Shown here: positions 26,811 through 38,845 of the stretch, in pieces | Position numbering within the stretch: position 1 is the first letter of the stretch | Layout of the letters: each line of letters opens with the position of its first letter | Origin: Hyphochytrium catenoides | Taxonomy: Eukaryota; Protista; Hyphochytriomycota | Assembly (NCBI GenBank): GCA_900088475.1 | Contig: FLMG01003167.1 | Span: 1-41,569 of the forward strand | Direction of reading: 5' to 3' | Length of the DNA: 41,569 nucleotides | Program-made: the position numbers and the translations under genes | The notes under the pieces: generated by a model | What the model saw: the letters and a program-made list of their open reading frames with translations, nothing else | Told to the model about the DNA's origin: nothing | The model's database searches: none

Positions 26811-26946
26811 NNNNNNNNNNNNNNNNNNNNNNNNNNNNNNNNNNNNNNNNNNNNNNNNNNNNNNNNNNNNNNNNNNNNNNNNNNNNNNNNNNNNNNNNNN
26901 NNNNNNNNNNNNNNNNNNNNNNNNNNNNNNNNNNNNNNNNNNNNNN
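26811..26946. other. Assembly gap (136 N)
   Basis: Run of N. Confidence 1.
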
Positions 26947-27122
26947 TTGTACCGTTGTTTTAGAAACTTTAGTGATGACCACCTTTACTTGACAATGCCT
27001 GAGGGCAGACCAACATAATAATAGAGGAAGATAGATATGTAAGGTCATCTTCATCTTGGGCAAGGATGAATTGATGATGTACATAGCTCAACGCTTATCG
27101 TGGGAACATCTCTTTCACGTAT

Positions 27123-28535
27123 CTAATTGCTGATTGAGACGCCAGCCGTCTCATTCCTCGGCCCCTCCAGGGACCACCATGTCTCTGCCAGATGGGAGAC
27201 GAAGCAAGGATGCAGTGCCAGCTCATCAAGAACACGCTTGAATAAGAGGCCCAAGTAGCTGGTCTTCAGCTGTGACAGTGTGTCACGAAGAGCTATCATC
27301 TGCTGGATCGATTGACAGGCGGCCAGATGATGACCTGGGATGATCCCGTCCGTGGTGGCTCCGGCACGGACCAGAACCTTCGCGATCTCGATATGTTGAT
27401 ACACAGCGGCCACATATAGCGCGGAGAGCCCTGCGTTGTCTCTCTTGTTCACTTCAACGCCCTTCTCATGACACAAAAGTCTCTTGATAAAGCCTAGACC
27501 CTCGGCGTAATGGGCTGTCACGATAAGAATGGAGCCTCCGCTAGGGACTGTCACATTAGGATCTGCTCCGTGCTCTAACAGTCGCTCTGCCACTTGCCAC
27601 TGGCCAAATTTGACAGCCGTATAAAGCGCAGGATAGGGCTGGTTGCCGTTGACATCTGCATTGTGCGCAAGCAGTGCCTCTATCACCTGCCAATTTCCAT
27701 AGCGTGCAGCATAATTAAGAGGAGGAGTCCCATCAAATGCCTCTTCAGAAGAAATAATAGGAGAATGGGTTGCACCGTTTTCTATTAGAAGGACCGCGAT
27801 GTCACTGTGGCCAGCCACGATAGCTTCGCATAGAGTTTCTCGGATCACTCTGGCTCTTATAGAGGCCAAGGGCTTCCCCACACGATCATGAGAAAGCCGT
27901 TGTGTCGAGGCCTGTTCCTCCTCCGTCCCTTTGTCTCCATCATCGTCCCCAAGATGGAGTAGTAGCTTCTGCACAAGCTTGCGCTCTTCACGTACGAGAG
28001 AATCCCAGATCGAGATCTGTAAGCTCCGACAACAAGTCCATTGGACCTTGGTCGGGCAAGTCGATTGCATTTCAAAGGAAGAGAGGAGGGACCGACAGAC
28101 TCCGTGGCAGACGAAGAGCACATGGCGTTGGTCCTCCGCTACCAAACTACTCTCTTTTCTCATTTCCAGCGGCCATCTGGTCTGGCCTCTCACCTCATCC
28201 GACTCTATGCGACCTGTAACTCCATCAACGAGAGAAGAAGGAATTTGGATCTCTACCAAGAGAGGGCCAGAGTCTTTCTCTTCCCCAGAGGACCTCTTTT
28301 TGCCGAAAGCTGTAAGGACCCAGCTGTTCTCCCCACTTATCATGTCTGTCGTAGCAGCATGTCCTGCTCCGATCATCTCGCCAGTAGGTGCAACAAAAGA
28401 AGAGGAGCCTTGGCTTCCTCTTTGTTGATCTAAGCTTTCTTTCAGCGATGATTGGGCACTCATGTCTCCTGAGGAGGCATAGAGATTGCACACAACAGAT
28501 AAAATCTGCCTCTGACGGCTACAAGATGGATGCAA
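27123..28535 (-). CDS. Intronless ankyrin-repeat protein (about 5 repeats) with an uncharacterised N-terminal region
   Basis: Uninterrupted 470-codon ORF; the true start may be the internal MSAQSS at ~28463. Ankyrin repeats TLCEAIVAGHSDIAVLLIENGA, GTPPLNYAARYGNWQVIEALLAHNADVN, PALYTAVKFGQWQVAERLLEHGADPN, GGSILIVTAHY...VEVN and GLSALYVAAVYQHIEIAKVLVRAGA. Confidence 0.92.
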   Translation of the reverse strand: MHPSCSRQRQILSVVCNLYASSGDMSAQSSLKESLDQQRGSQGSSSFVAPTGEMIGAGHAATTDMISGENSWVLTAFGKKRSSGEEKDSGPLLVEIQIPSSLVDGVTGRIESDEVRGQTRWPLEMRKESSLVAEDQRHVLFVCHGVCRSLLSSFEMQSTCPTKVQWTCCRSLQISIWDSLVREERKLVQKLLLHLGDDDGDKGTEEEQASTQRLSHDRVGKPLASIRARVIRETLCEAIVAGHSDIAVLLIENGATHSPIISSEEAFDGTPPLNYAARYGNWQVIEALLAHNADVNGNQPYPALYTAVKFGQWQVAERLLEHGADPNVTVPSGGSILIVTAHYAEGLGFIKRLLCHEKGVEVNKRDNAGLSALYVAAVYQHIEIAKVLVRAGATTDGIIPGHHLAACQSIQQMIALRDTLSQLKTSYLGLLFKRVLDELALHPCFVSHLAETWWSLEGPRNETAGVSISN

Positions 28536-29457
28536 ACCTCAAGAGAAGTTCTAGCTGAGTTGATAAAAGATGGTCTGGAGGCGACTCTCTGCAACAGCAG
28601 AAGACGACGCTATGACTTACTACTTCCACACAGCAGGAGAGCAAGGAAGAGTAGTCTTCCCACACTTTGGAGGGCTGTTAGATCTGACAGGTTGTCAGGT
28701 AGTAACGGTGGAACAGAATTTTCTTCATGGCGGCACCGTCGGACCAGAAGGGAAACAGCGGCTCCTTAAGCAAGTGAAACTAAGCCATGGGAAGAGGGCG
28801 GGGAGTAAATAACTCTGTCTCTTCGTACCCTGGCGCCGTCGTCTCTTGCTGGTGGTCTGCTTGTGGCAGTGACAGCTTTTGAAGGGAAGCACAGCTCCAA
28901 CAACATTTCATAATATGCTGGGACTACCAAGGAATAAGGACGCTGTCAGACGGTGCTGCTTGTTATTATAGATTCTCTCTGTCATCGATCATCGTCGAAA
29001 GAGAAAGAGAAAAAGATCTTGCTCTATGATGATAAGCAATAGAGACAACAGCCATCTTGCTGTGCTCAGTTACAAAGTTATAGCTTGCTTCTCTTCCTTT
29101 ATTTTATCGTTCTTTATGCCCTCTCTCTTTTACTTCTTGTTGTTGAGAGGAGGAGGGGAAGGAACGACTACGACTGCTACTGCTTCCTGCCTTTTTCAAC
29201 TCCTTGCAATTGTAAGTTCGCCAGCTGTGGCAGCAATAAGGAACCGCAGCAGCAGCAGAAGAGAGATAGAAGGACACCACCTTCACGCACTCTGCTGCCT
29301 GCGAGGGGAACGTCCGGAGGGAAGAGAGAGAAGAAGTTATTAGAGACCCTGCAGTAAGCTTGGGAGCAAAAAGGAGCATCATGACAACAGCAGCAGGGGA
29401 GGAGGGAGAAGAGAATAATAAGGAAAGGAGGGAAGTTCCGACGACGATGAGCCGCCC

Positions 29458-29726
29458 CATCAGCAAGGACAGTGAGGGCTGATCACAATGGCACAGAAGG
29501 AAGAGGAGGACGCAGCCGCCTTCGGACAGCGAGGTTCTTGGCTATGATCATCAGCAAGGACAGTTAGGGCTGATCACAATGGCACAGGAGGAAGAGAGGA
29601 CGCAGCCGCCTTCGGACAGCGAGGTTCTTGGCTATGATCATCAGCAAGGACAGTTAGGGCTGATCACAATGACACAGGAGGAAGAGGACGCAGCCGCCTT
29701 CGGACAGCGAGGTTCTTGGCTATGAT
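29458..29726. repeat. Minisatellite, three tandem copies of an 88-91 bp unit
   Basis: The unit CATCAGCAAGGACAGT(G/T)AGGGCTGATCACAATG...GGACGCAGCCGCCTTCGGACAGCGAGGTTCTTGGCTATGAT starts at 29458, 29549 and 29639. Length differences fall in the GA-rich middle. Confidence 0.97.
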
Positions 29727-30819
29727 AACAAGTCGCTAGCTATGGTTGGTGGGAGGAAGAGCGAAGCAGGAGGAGAGAGAGAGAGGAGGAACAAACACGC
29801 CCCCTGCTCCTAGGCCTACGGCATCCTTCCATGAACTAACACGTCTAACAACAACAACAACTGGTGCTTGTGGGAACAAGAAACAAGAGCCGTGGCGTCT
29901 GTGTTCCCCACGTATCAGAGTTTAAATTCCCCACGTGTCCCTTCCACCTTTCTCGCTTTGTCCGTTACAAGAAAGAAGCTATCTCTTCCAGGGCCTCCCC
30001 AGGCTATTGTGACAGGCTTATTGCCGCCTCTTCCTTCCTTTCTGCTAGGAAGCAAGGAGATGAGGTGAGCCTAACACTGACTAGGCTGTAGGGTGACAGC
30101 AGGCTGCGCAGTCGTCAGGGAAGAAGAAAGGAGGAGGTCAAGGGAAGAGGTGGAGCAGCTTCAGAGTGGAGGAGGTGAGAAGCGACGATACATAAGGTGC
30201 TAAGCCTTCCCACTCTCTACTGCGCCGTTGGTGGTGGGCACGCATGAAGCACACTCCATCCATTAGTAGGGTGAAGAATGAGGGGAACACTGGGGAAGGC
30301 AGCCAGGGAAAGTCAAGCAAAGAGAACAGCAAGTGGACTTCTTTACCGATAGGAGTCGGTGCTGACACTGATAAGGTGAAGTCTTTCAGCTACTGTTGGT
30401 GCTGGTAGCGCTTAATAGGAGGAAACAAGTTGATGTAGATGGGTGCATCAGGTTATCGACAAATTGAAGCGCTGGCCGCGTCTACTTCCTCTGACCGGAG
30501 CTGAAGTTAGAGCTCTTATAGATGTCTCCGAAGCCTTTTGACGTACCGCCTCAAAGGGTGGTGCGAAAGTCTAGCTGTTATCTGCTCTGGATGACTAGAC
30601 GCAGATGACGCTTCCACACCTAAATAACCGTTAGCTTCACAGCCCGGTGAGCCACCGTCCCGTCGGCTTTGTAGGAGGTGACCCACGGAGATGCCAATGC
30701 CTGTTGTTGTGCCTCTGCTTCTCATGGGCTGATGGTGCCAGACACCCCGAATGGATGGTAGCTATGGTCGAATCTTTGTGCTGCACCTATTCATCATCCA
30801 CTACCGATAGTACCTAAAA

Positions 30820-33363
30820 ATGACGCAATATTGGACGGTGAAGCCTGTCCCGGGATATCTGCCAGATATCCTGGACCCTCGGGAGTCCGTCGGTTCCCGC
30901 ATTCTTCCTAGCTGGGCCTTTAGCTTCTATACCAAGGTCCTCCGAAGGTCACGCCTCTACACTTTATTTATGTGCTCAACCCTGTTCGCAGGGATTATCA
31001 GCGCGTATATGATTTTTATTGACAGTGGATCGGCGCACTCTACGGAGAAAACAGCGACAGGTGTCATCACACTTATCGCCACTTGCTGCTATATTTTAGG
31101 ACAGGTTCCAGAGATTCAACTGCGGCTTCTCCGGAGATTATTGACACATTTTGAAGCCTGGTTCCTCATTATTCAGGCACTCATCCCCGCCATACTTCTG
31201 GGCTACGCCAATGCTTCTCGGGGTCATCATATCCGCGCCGCAGCCTTCGTCGCTGCGATTCTTAGTCAGCTATACGGAATCTTAGTGGTGGATCTACGTC
31301 CCCAGATTGAGGCTTCCAAAGTGTCTGTTGCCGTTGCCATGGTACTTGCCCTAGAAGCTATAGTGGCTCTTGTTTGGTAAGATCGTCTTCATTTCATATA
31401 ATCGTCAGCAGCAAGAGGAATGTGCCTTTTTACTTACTTGGTTATCTGTCTCTCTCTCTCCTATAACATCACCTCGGTCCTTTCCTGTCTGCCTCTCAAC
31501 CTGTTGGCTTCAGCTTACCCTTCAGAGTGCATGTGCGTTGTCTCTTGATGTAAGTTACCTGATTCCGCTTATTCTTTTGAAGAGTTTGGTTCATCTACCT
31601 TCTTAGTTCTCCAGCCATCTCCGAATATCCTCGGGTCAGCTGACACCATCTTCTTACCTTGTCTCTGTAGGATTGGTGGCAAGCTCTACTTAGACACTTA
31701 TGACGGCTTGAGAGAAACAGAGATGCAACTGTTTCAAGTCCCTATCCGTCCTTGGCTGATAGCCGCAGATTCTCTGTTCATCTCCGCTGCTCTTCATGCA
31801 CAACAGCTGACAAAGTATGTAGTTATGGTGCGGAGGTTCCGCACAGGGCAAGGATCCACTCCGTTAACTTTTGCAATGACAAGATGGCCTCTCATGATAG
31901 AGGAAGATCTTGCTACTTGGCATGACGAGGTGACAAACTTCAAACCTAGGGCCGCGGAAAGGACGCAGCAGAATGCCCAATGTCCCAAGTCAAGTGATAA
32001 AGAGAAAGAGTCACCACAGCATATACAAGTGGCGAGCCTTACTCTCCCGGGCCCGTTTCCGCCAGATCAAAGAAGCAGGTATTATGCTCTTCGGAAGAAT
32101 GATGAACGTAGGCAATCAGGCGTCCGTTCGTAAGGCTTTGCTGAGGGCCGGCGGATAGAGTAACGTCATGGGGTCTTTCATGCAAGTCTTGAGTTTTGCA
32201 AGTGGGCAAGCTCCCTAGCATGAGTAAAGACATTAGGAATGTCCGAAATGGCTGAGCGCTTAACCTCTGTCCTCTATAATGCAGGATACGCCGTGTGAAA
32301 GGCACCCGAAAGATCTATAGAATCCGACCGAAGCAGCCGGTGCTGGTGGGTCTCGATAGCTACGATGACATGCTAAGGCTGATCATAGAGAAGTTACAGC
32401 TATGGCGAAAGCGAGGCTCCTTCTCCTCAAGCAAACTGAGAAGCCAAAGAACTTGCCCCGCGTCTGAAGGAAATGACGAAGGTCATCGAAGAAGAGATGG
32501 CCAGAAGCAAGTGGCTGCCTGCTGGTGGGCATTTTGTGTGAGCAGAGAGCATTACCTCTCCTTCCTTGCTTTCTTTGGAGTCATTATGCAAGGCGTCGCC
32601 TTAGCCCTTGGTGGCCCTACCTTATGGCTAGCAGTAGGCCTTCTTTTAAGCTGCACGGGAAATCTACTGCTGATTCTTCGCGCTCATCCTCGGCTTGTCT
32701 GGAGACTTGTCACCTCGTTTGACTTCGTGGTGATCTTTCTCTCTTCAATGGAGTTCGTGACCTTCACCTGTATCTTGCTGGAATGGGATTTGAGGTAAGA
32801 TAAATCTTCCTTCCTTTCACATAAACCTCCTCGACTTGCCCGACTACAAGAATTCTCTTCACTGCCTCTCTCAAGCATCCATCTACTACATCGCTTAACC
32901 CCTAAGTACCTCCTTTGCCCACCCCATTTACAGGACTCTTGCCATGTTCTCCGTGCTCTTCACGGTCATAGCTTCTCTTACCATTCAGGATGCAGTCATC
33001 ATCAACCCGGCATGGCGGCGTCAACGCCTTTTGATCCTCCACTTGTTAGGGTTATTAGCGGTGGAGATCATTTGCGGTCTATCGCTAGTCTTTCTCACTC
33101 CAAAGAAGGCCTCCTCCTCCTCCTTGCCTTCGCTAACTGGGACAAAGACCTTAGAGGATATTATATATCGTTCTCCACTCAGTATGGGGTTAGACGCCTT
33201 AGCTACTGTCATCCTCTACACTGTTCGAAGCCTTTATAATGCGCTTCGGTCACCTCGTCGGCTGGTGGCAGTTCACTCAGATATTGAGTATGAGTTTGAC
33301 TACATCGAAGATCGGAAAGGAACCTCAAGAGTCCCAAACGCTGAAGACCAAGGCGGTAGCTGA
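30820..33363 (+). CDS. Unknown ~12-TM (6+6) membrane protein, paralog B (634 aa)
   Basis: Exons 30820-31376, 31671-32078, 32285-32794 and 32934-33363 (sum 1905 nt, all introns phase 2). Motifs YWTVKPVPGYLPDILD, PWLIAADS, HPRLVWRLVTSFD, IQDAV, RSPLSMGLDA and SDIEYE. Confidence 0.9.
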
Positions 33364-35220
33364 CATCTTTCCACTATAAAGCAGGCAGCAGGGTGCGGGA
33401 TATGCTCCACATAATGGAACCCTATAAGTCTTTTGTCACTGGCTTGCATCATAAAGCGACTCTTATCAGATATATATCTATAGCACTGCGTTGACGTCCA
33501 ACGTTTTTTCTGCAGAAGCTTCCTCCAGCACAACCATCATAAGTGCGCGGCTGCATCTCTTATTTTCTGGCGCATACTAAGGCGAGAGGTGCGGAAGAGA
33601 AACAGAAGCAGCGTCAACTGCCCATCACTGTGCTCCACAAAGAAAGAAGGGAGGCTGGCGTTATTCCTGTCTCTTGTTGTCAGAATTTGGATAGTCAACA
33701 ATAGTCACCGGGAGCCCTCGGTGTTGCTAGGATACTCATCACGCAAGAGGACGTCACAAGCGCAGCGGAGGGCTGCTAAGGTAGTCTGTGTAGCGGAGTG
33801 GATATCTTAAAGGGGAACCTTCATACCCAACTTCTGATCCTGCCCTAAGTTCTATCTGCCTCCAACAAATTCACTTCTATATCAACGACTACTCCTCATT
33901 GCCTCCTCATAGTGCCGAGATGCAAGATGAGGACCACCTGGAGCTTGAACATGGCAGCGACGACAATGGCTGGTTGCACCAGACAATAGGGCCAATGAAT
34001 AGGGAATCTGTGTCTTCGTCTTCAAGTACTAATAATGCAAAGCGCTGATGGTATGCAGTCAACCTCTCATTGTACCTAAAGCGCGCACGAAGATCTGTGG
34101 AGCTGCTCAAGCTGCAGCAGAGCTTCGTCCTCAGTCTTCAAGGTAGGCCCTTCCGCATCAGCATCAAGCTCAAGAAGAAGAAAGATGAGCGCTCTTCTAC
34201 ATTTCAAATATCTTTGTGATAACTGCAGGAAACCCCCTGGTTGGGTGGGCGAAGATAGGCCACCATCTCTGCGCAATAGATAATGAATGGCTTACAGCGC
34301 CGATGGGGGTGGGTAGGTCGATGAGGACGAGATAGATTGTCCCCCCCTCTGACGTGTAGACAAACCTTTAACCCCTCCAGCTACATCAGTAATTTAACGA
34401 GAAAGGTTCTTAATACGAATCATTGTAGGGGATGCTGATCAAGGATAGCACCCTTGTCCGTTACTGCATGAGAGGGCTGCAGCAGGTCCAGGAAGTGCGC
34501 CAGCAGTGCCGCTGCTGCGGAGAGCATTAGGATGAGCCTGGCGGCTCGGGTCTTGAGACACTTATCTTCTTTGTCTGTTCCCTCAGGATAATCCTCTAAC
34601 TTTTCCTCCCTCTCTCATGGTACTATGTGCCACTTCTCCAGCAGCGGTGATGACGCCCCCTGTTCTCACCGGCGAGGGAGGATGCTCATACATTGGGCAA
34701 ACAATCTGGCCGCAGAAGGCAAGGCGATCGTTGGATTGCGCTGACCCCATCTCCGCCCTCCGACCGACGAATGATTCTCCTTCTTTCCCCTCTCTCTTCT
34801 TCAGTGGTGAACTGCTGCTGATAGGTCAGCCGCCAATGACGGTGTACCCGCGGATGCTAGGTTACTAGAGGCTGCTAATGTTCTACCCCACGGAAAGGAC
34901 AAAGCTACTCGTAGTACCATCTGAACAATGACGCCGCCGTGGACGGAATAGGTCAGCCGTCCGTCATCAAATGCTGCCATAACATCAAGCAGTAGTGAGA
35001 CACGAGCTCATGATGGGCGAAGTTAGGGAAACTGCCATTTATCGCATTATTGTGAGATGACAATAACTACATTGCGGATGCTTGCCAAACTTCCAGGAGC
35101 CATGATGATGGTGATGAGATGAATGGTGAACACGGTTCTACTCCGCCGGTTGGACAGTAAAAAGGAGTAAAAGTGCGGTCAAGGAGTTAAAGGACCGGCT
35201 TGTGATAGTGTGACCAGGCG

Positions 35221-37696
35221 ATGGAGGATAACATTAAGGCATCAATGGGGACCACACCCGATCCTGGCCCATTTAAATCGTTGGATTGTGGGAGATTCTG
35301 GGTTTTGAAGCCCGTTCCTAATTATCTTCCGGATGTGATAGATCCTCGCTGCACGACTGGCGCCACCTTGCTGCCAGAAGCCATGATGACATTCTATGCA
35401 AAGTCATTGAAGAAGAATAGACTGTATCACCTGGTGACAGGCTTGGCTCTCGCCATCGGGTTACTCACCTGCCCATTTACTGTCTTGGACACAGAGGGTG
35501 CCGTAACCACAGTGTCTACAGCCCTAGGCACAGTCACGGCGACTTCAGTAATCTTCCTTACAATGTGTCAGGTACCAGACCTCCAGTTGCAGCTTCTTCA
35601 AAAGCTATTCTCGCAGTTTGAGGGATGGTACCTGGCGATGGAGTCTCTGCCTCCTTTGCTACTCTTTTCTATCTCAAGCAGTCGCAGGGGCCACTATGCC
35701 CGTGCCGCTGCTTTCTCTGCCTGCTGCATCTGTGTCATCTCTAGCATTTTTGCCATGGACTTACTACCGCAGTTGGTGCGCTCCAAGGTCATAATCTGCT
35801 TTGTGATACAGGGAAGTGTGGTCTGCTCACTCGCAATGCTCTGGTAAGAAGAATACCTTCCACTACCTTATGACCTGATCTGATGAGTATTGGGAGAAGA
35901 GAACCACATTCATTGTTGCTTATGCCCTGGGCCGTCACTTCTTCATCTTCAAACGTGCCAATCTCTGTTTGACCACACTGTTTACTCTTTGACTGCCAGT
36001 ATACAGCTATCCCTCTGTCTTCCGGATCATGGAACCTCGGTTGCCAACTTCAGCAATCCAGCCTTCCTTTTTCTTATGTATCGCAGTCTGACCGTGTCCC
36101 CTCTAACCCACCATCGTGTGCTGTAGGGTGGCTGGTCTACTCTATACTGATGCCTATGAAGGCATGGCGGTGACCCAGATCAATGTTTTCAACGTTTCCA
36201 TCCATCCGTGGCTCATCGCAGCAGATTCACTGGTCATCTTAGCCTTACTTTTGATGCGGCACCTAAAGCGGTATATCAACATGTTGCGTAAGCGTGAGGC
36301 AAGAGGAGGAGCGCTGCGATTCAATATTGTGACTTGGCCCTTGATGGTAGAGCTGGCACAGGAGAGGCCGCCAACCAAACTATTGGTAACTCCTCTATCT
36401 CAGAAGGATGTCGTCAGTAGTAAGGAAGATATCGGGAAATGTCGGGCGGTGGTAAAGAGCACTGAATTGGCCTCCGAGGAGGGTGTCACATCCGGAGGCC
36501 TGGAAGGGCAGCAATCAGCTTCCACCAGGTACGTAATAGCAAAGACTACAATGGAAGAGGGGCAAAGCCCTGTTAAAGCCCTTTTAATGCAGGTCTGAGA
36601 GTAAAAAGAGCAGTCGAAAGCTCTACAAGCTTCATCCTGTGCGAAGCAAGCCTGTCTTCCTTGACACTTTCGACGATATCCTAGGCTACCTGCATCGAAA
36701 GAGTTCCTTCTTTCAGGCCTGGAAGTGCCGATGGCCGACCTCAACTGACGGAGATGTCGGCATGAAGAATGAACAGGCAAATGAGCGACAAAGAGACGAA
36801 GGCGCTGAAGCTCGGCGCATGGAGCCGTTCTCCTTCCTTAACAACAACCAGTCATGTCCCATCGATATGCCCTTGAAGAAGCCCTTATTAGCAGGGCTTG
36901 AGCCAATGCTCTCTGCCATAGCGGTGATGGGGATCGCTCTTCAAGGGTTTACCGTTGCCTTCCAAACGTCAGAAGCCTGGATGGCGCTTTTCTTCTCCAT
37001 CACTTTTGTCGCTGACGTTTTACTCATGTCCCGATCGCACCCAAAACTTCTGCCAAAGCTAGTTCGTTCCTTCGACTTTATTGTCGTTGCTGCCTCTCTC
37101 TTGGAGTTCTTCATCTTCAGCGGCCTCTTGATGGGCTGGGATTATAGGTAGGTATATGTCCGTTTCTAGCTTGTTATTCCATTCTTCTGCCGCAACCTCT
37201 GATGATGCTTTGCAACTTCAAATCACTGCTTGTGGTCAGGGCTTTAATGGTCGCATCGCTTACAACCACCCTGGCATCATCAGTGATTATGCAGGACACT
37301 GTCCTAGTTACTCCTCCGACGCGAAGGAGACGCTGGCTGGTCCTTCATATGGTGGCCCTTCTCCTGATAGAGATCTCTTATGGCTGGTATATTATATTCC
37401 GCGCCTCCGCCAGCATCAAGCCCTGGCTGGAAGGTCCTCTCGCTAGTAGTATCGGGCGTTCTCCTCTCAACCTTGCGCTGGACGCCTTGGTCACTCTCAC
37501 GATTTACACAGTGAGAAGCCTTTATAATGCTGCAAAATCGCCCCACCTTTTGGTGGCCATAGTGTCGGATATCCAGTATGAGATTGTAAGCCTGGGCCGA
37601 CAGCCAACAGGGTGTCGGCAGCCAAAGGAGGAAGACAAAAACCTGATTAAACAAGCTGTAAGCAAGAAGCTCGCACCACTAGAGGAAGAAGAATGA
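35221..37696 (+). CDS. Unknown ~12-TM (6+6) membrane protein, paralog C (678 aa)
   Basis: Exons 35221-35843, 36127-36528, 36593-37147 and 37240-37696 (sum 2037 nt, all introns phase 2). Motifs FWVLKPVPNYLPDVID, PWLIAADS, HPKLLPKLVRSFD, MQDTV, RSPLNLALDA and SDIQYE. Confidence 0.9.
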
Positions 37697-38071
37697 TCAA
37701 GCATCGGTCTGGCCAATAAAAGAGGAAGAAAGGTGAACACCCATTGCATTGCCGTCCCTAATCTATAAATTCACGCTTGCCTTGGGACTTCGCACTTAAA
37801 GCTCATCATGTTCATACAATGTAATTCTTCCTTATGAATAGAATAGAAGTGAAGAAGGAGCGCGAGATTGCGCCCTCTACTTTTGGCCCCCATAAAGGCT
37901 CATATCAGAGCTGCCTCAATCATAAGAAAGAAGAAAGAACAGAGTCGACAGATCTGATTATGCAGGAACTTTCGCGGTGGGAAGAACTAGGGGCAGGTAT
38001 TAAGAGGCGCCCAATTATGTGTAGCAGACCAGCATAGGGCAAACACATTGCAGCCCCTCTTCTTTCGCCCC

Positions 38072-38845
38072 AAGACGGACAGTAATAGTCCACCTATCTT
38101 CTGCTGCGACTGGACTCACCAGCTGCAGAACAACAGGGTATCCTGAGCCATACTTCTGTCGTCTAGCGACAGAGGAACAGCCGATAGGAACAGGCATCCG
38201 ATTCCTATGGTGCAGACAACTGCATGGGATGTTCTAGTACTTACATTAAGAGCATGGGGAATGAGCTGCGGACGTCGAACAGAGTTGCCGGGCCAGCAAG
38301 GATGGGAAGGTCCTTCGCCAGGCACTCGGTTCTGGGTCATGAGTCACCTGATCTCCTTCCATCGTTCTATCAGGCTGCCATCGTGGCTCCCTCTTGTGAT
38401 CCTCTCTCCCCCCTTTTCCTCCTCTGCTCTTTCCTCTTTCCCTTTTCCTCTCCTCTTGTCTCTTTCCTCTCCTCTCTCCTCTCCTCTTTCCTCATCTCTG
38501 TCTCTTCTCGTCTCCCTTCTTCTTCCAAGCTCTCTGCTCCTGCCTCCTCCCTCCTCTGTAGCATTAGGTTGGGCCCATAAGTCTATCGTCATCTGGTTGA
38601 CGGGAGCTCTTTCCTTTCGCTCTCACTGTCCCGCTGCTGACAGATAAAGGATCAACATACACGTATCCGGCATTTATACCACACAGAATTCCATATTCCG
38701 GATCTCGAGCTCAGTTATCTAGGATAAATGATTTGGAGTGGCTGTGGGCCGTTACACGTTGGAACCCTCTCCTTTCCCTCTTCCAAAGCTCTAACCATCA
38801 CTTTCTTTCTCCTTCCTCGTCTTGCGCCCTTCTCTCTCCCGCGCC
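38072..38845 (+). repeat. Left arm of a long inverted repeat (mate 40794-41569+); outer boundary undetermined
   Basis: Its reverse complement aligns throughout with 40794-41569, with scattered substitutions and small indels (roughly 95% identity by eye). The match runs to the last base of the window. Confidence 0.95.

Noticed and set aside
29458-29726. CRISPR array, satellite hammerhead ribozyme or tandem C/D snoRNAs (CTGATGA appears on the minus strand at unit junctions)
   Set aside because: Whole units repeat with no unique spacers and no cas genes are present. The hammerhead GAAA core and stems II and III are missing. The C and D boxes would overlap and no terminal stem is evident.
38207-38647. 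ORFs within the inverted-repeat arms (also 40953-41434) as a transposase or other protein
   Set aside because: They are low-complexity CT/GA translations, the frames differ between the two arms through indels, and there is no DDE, RT or other motif.
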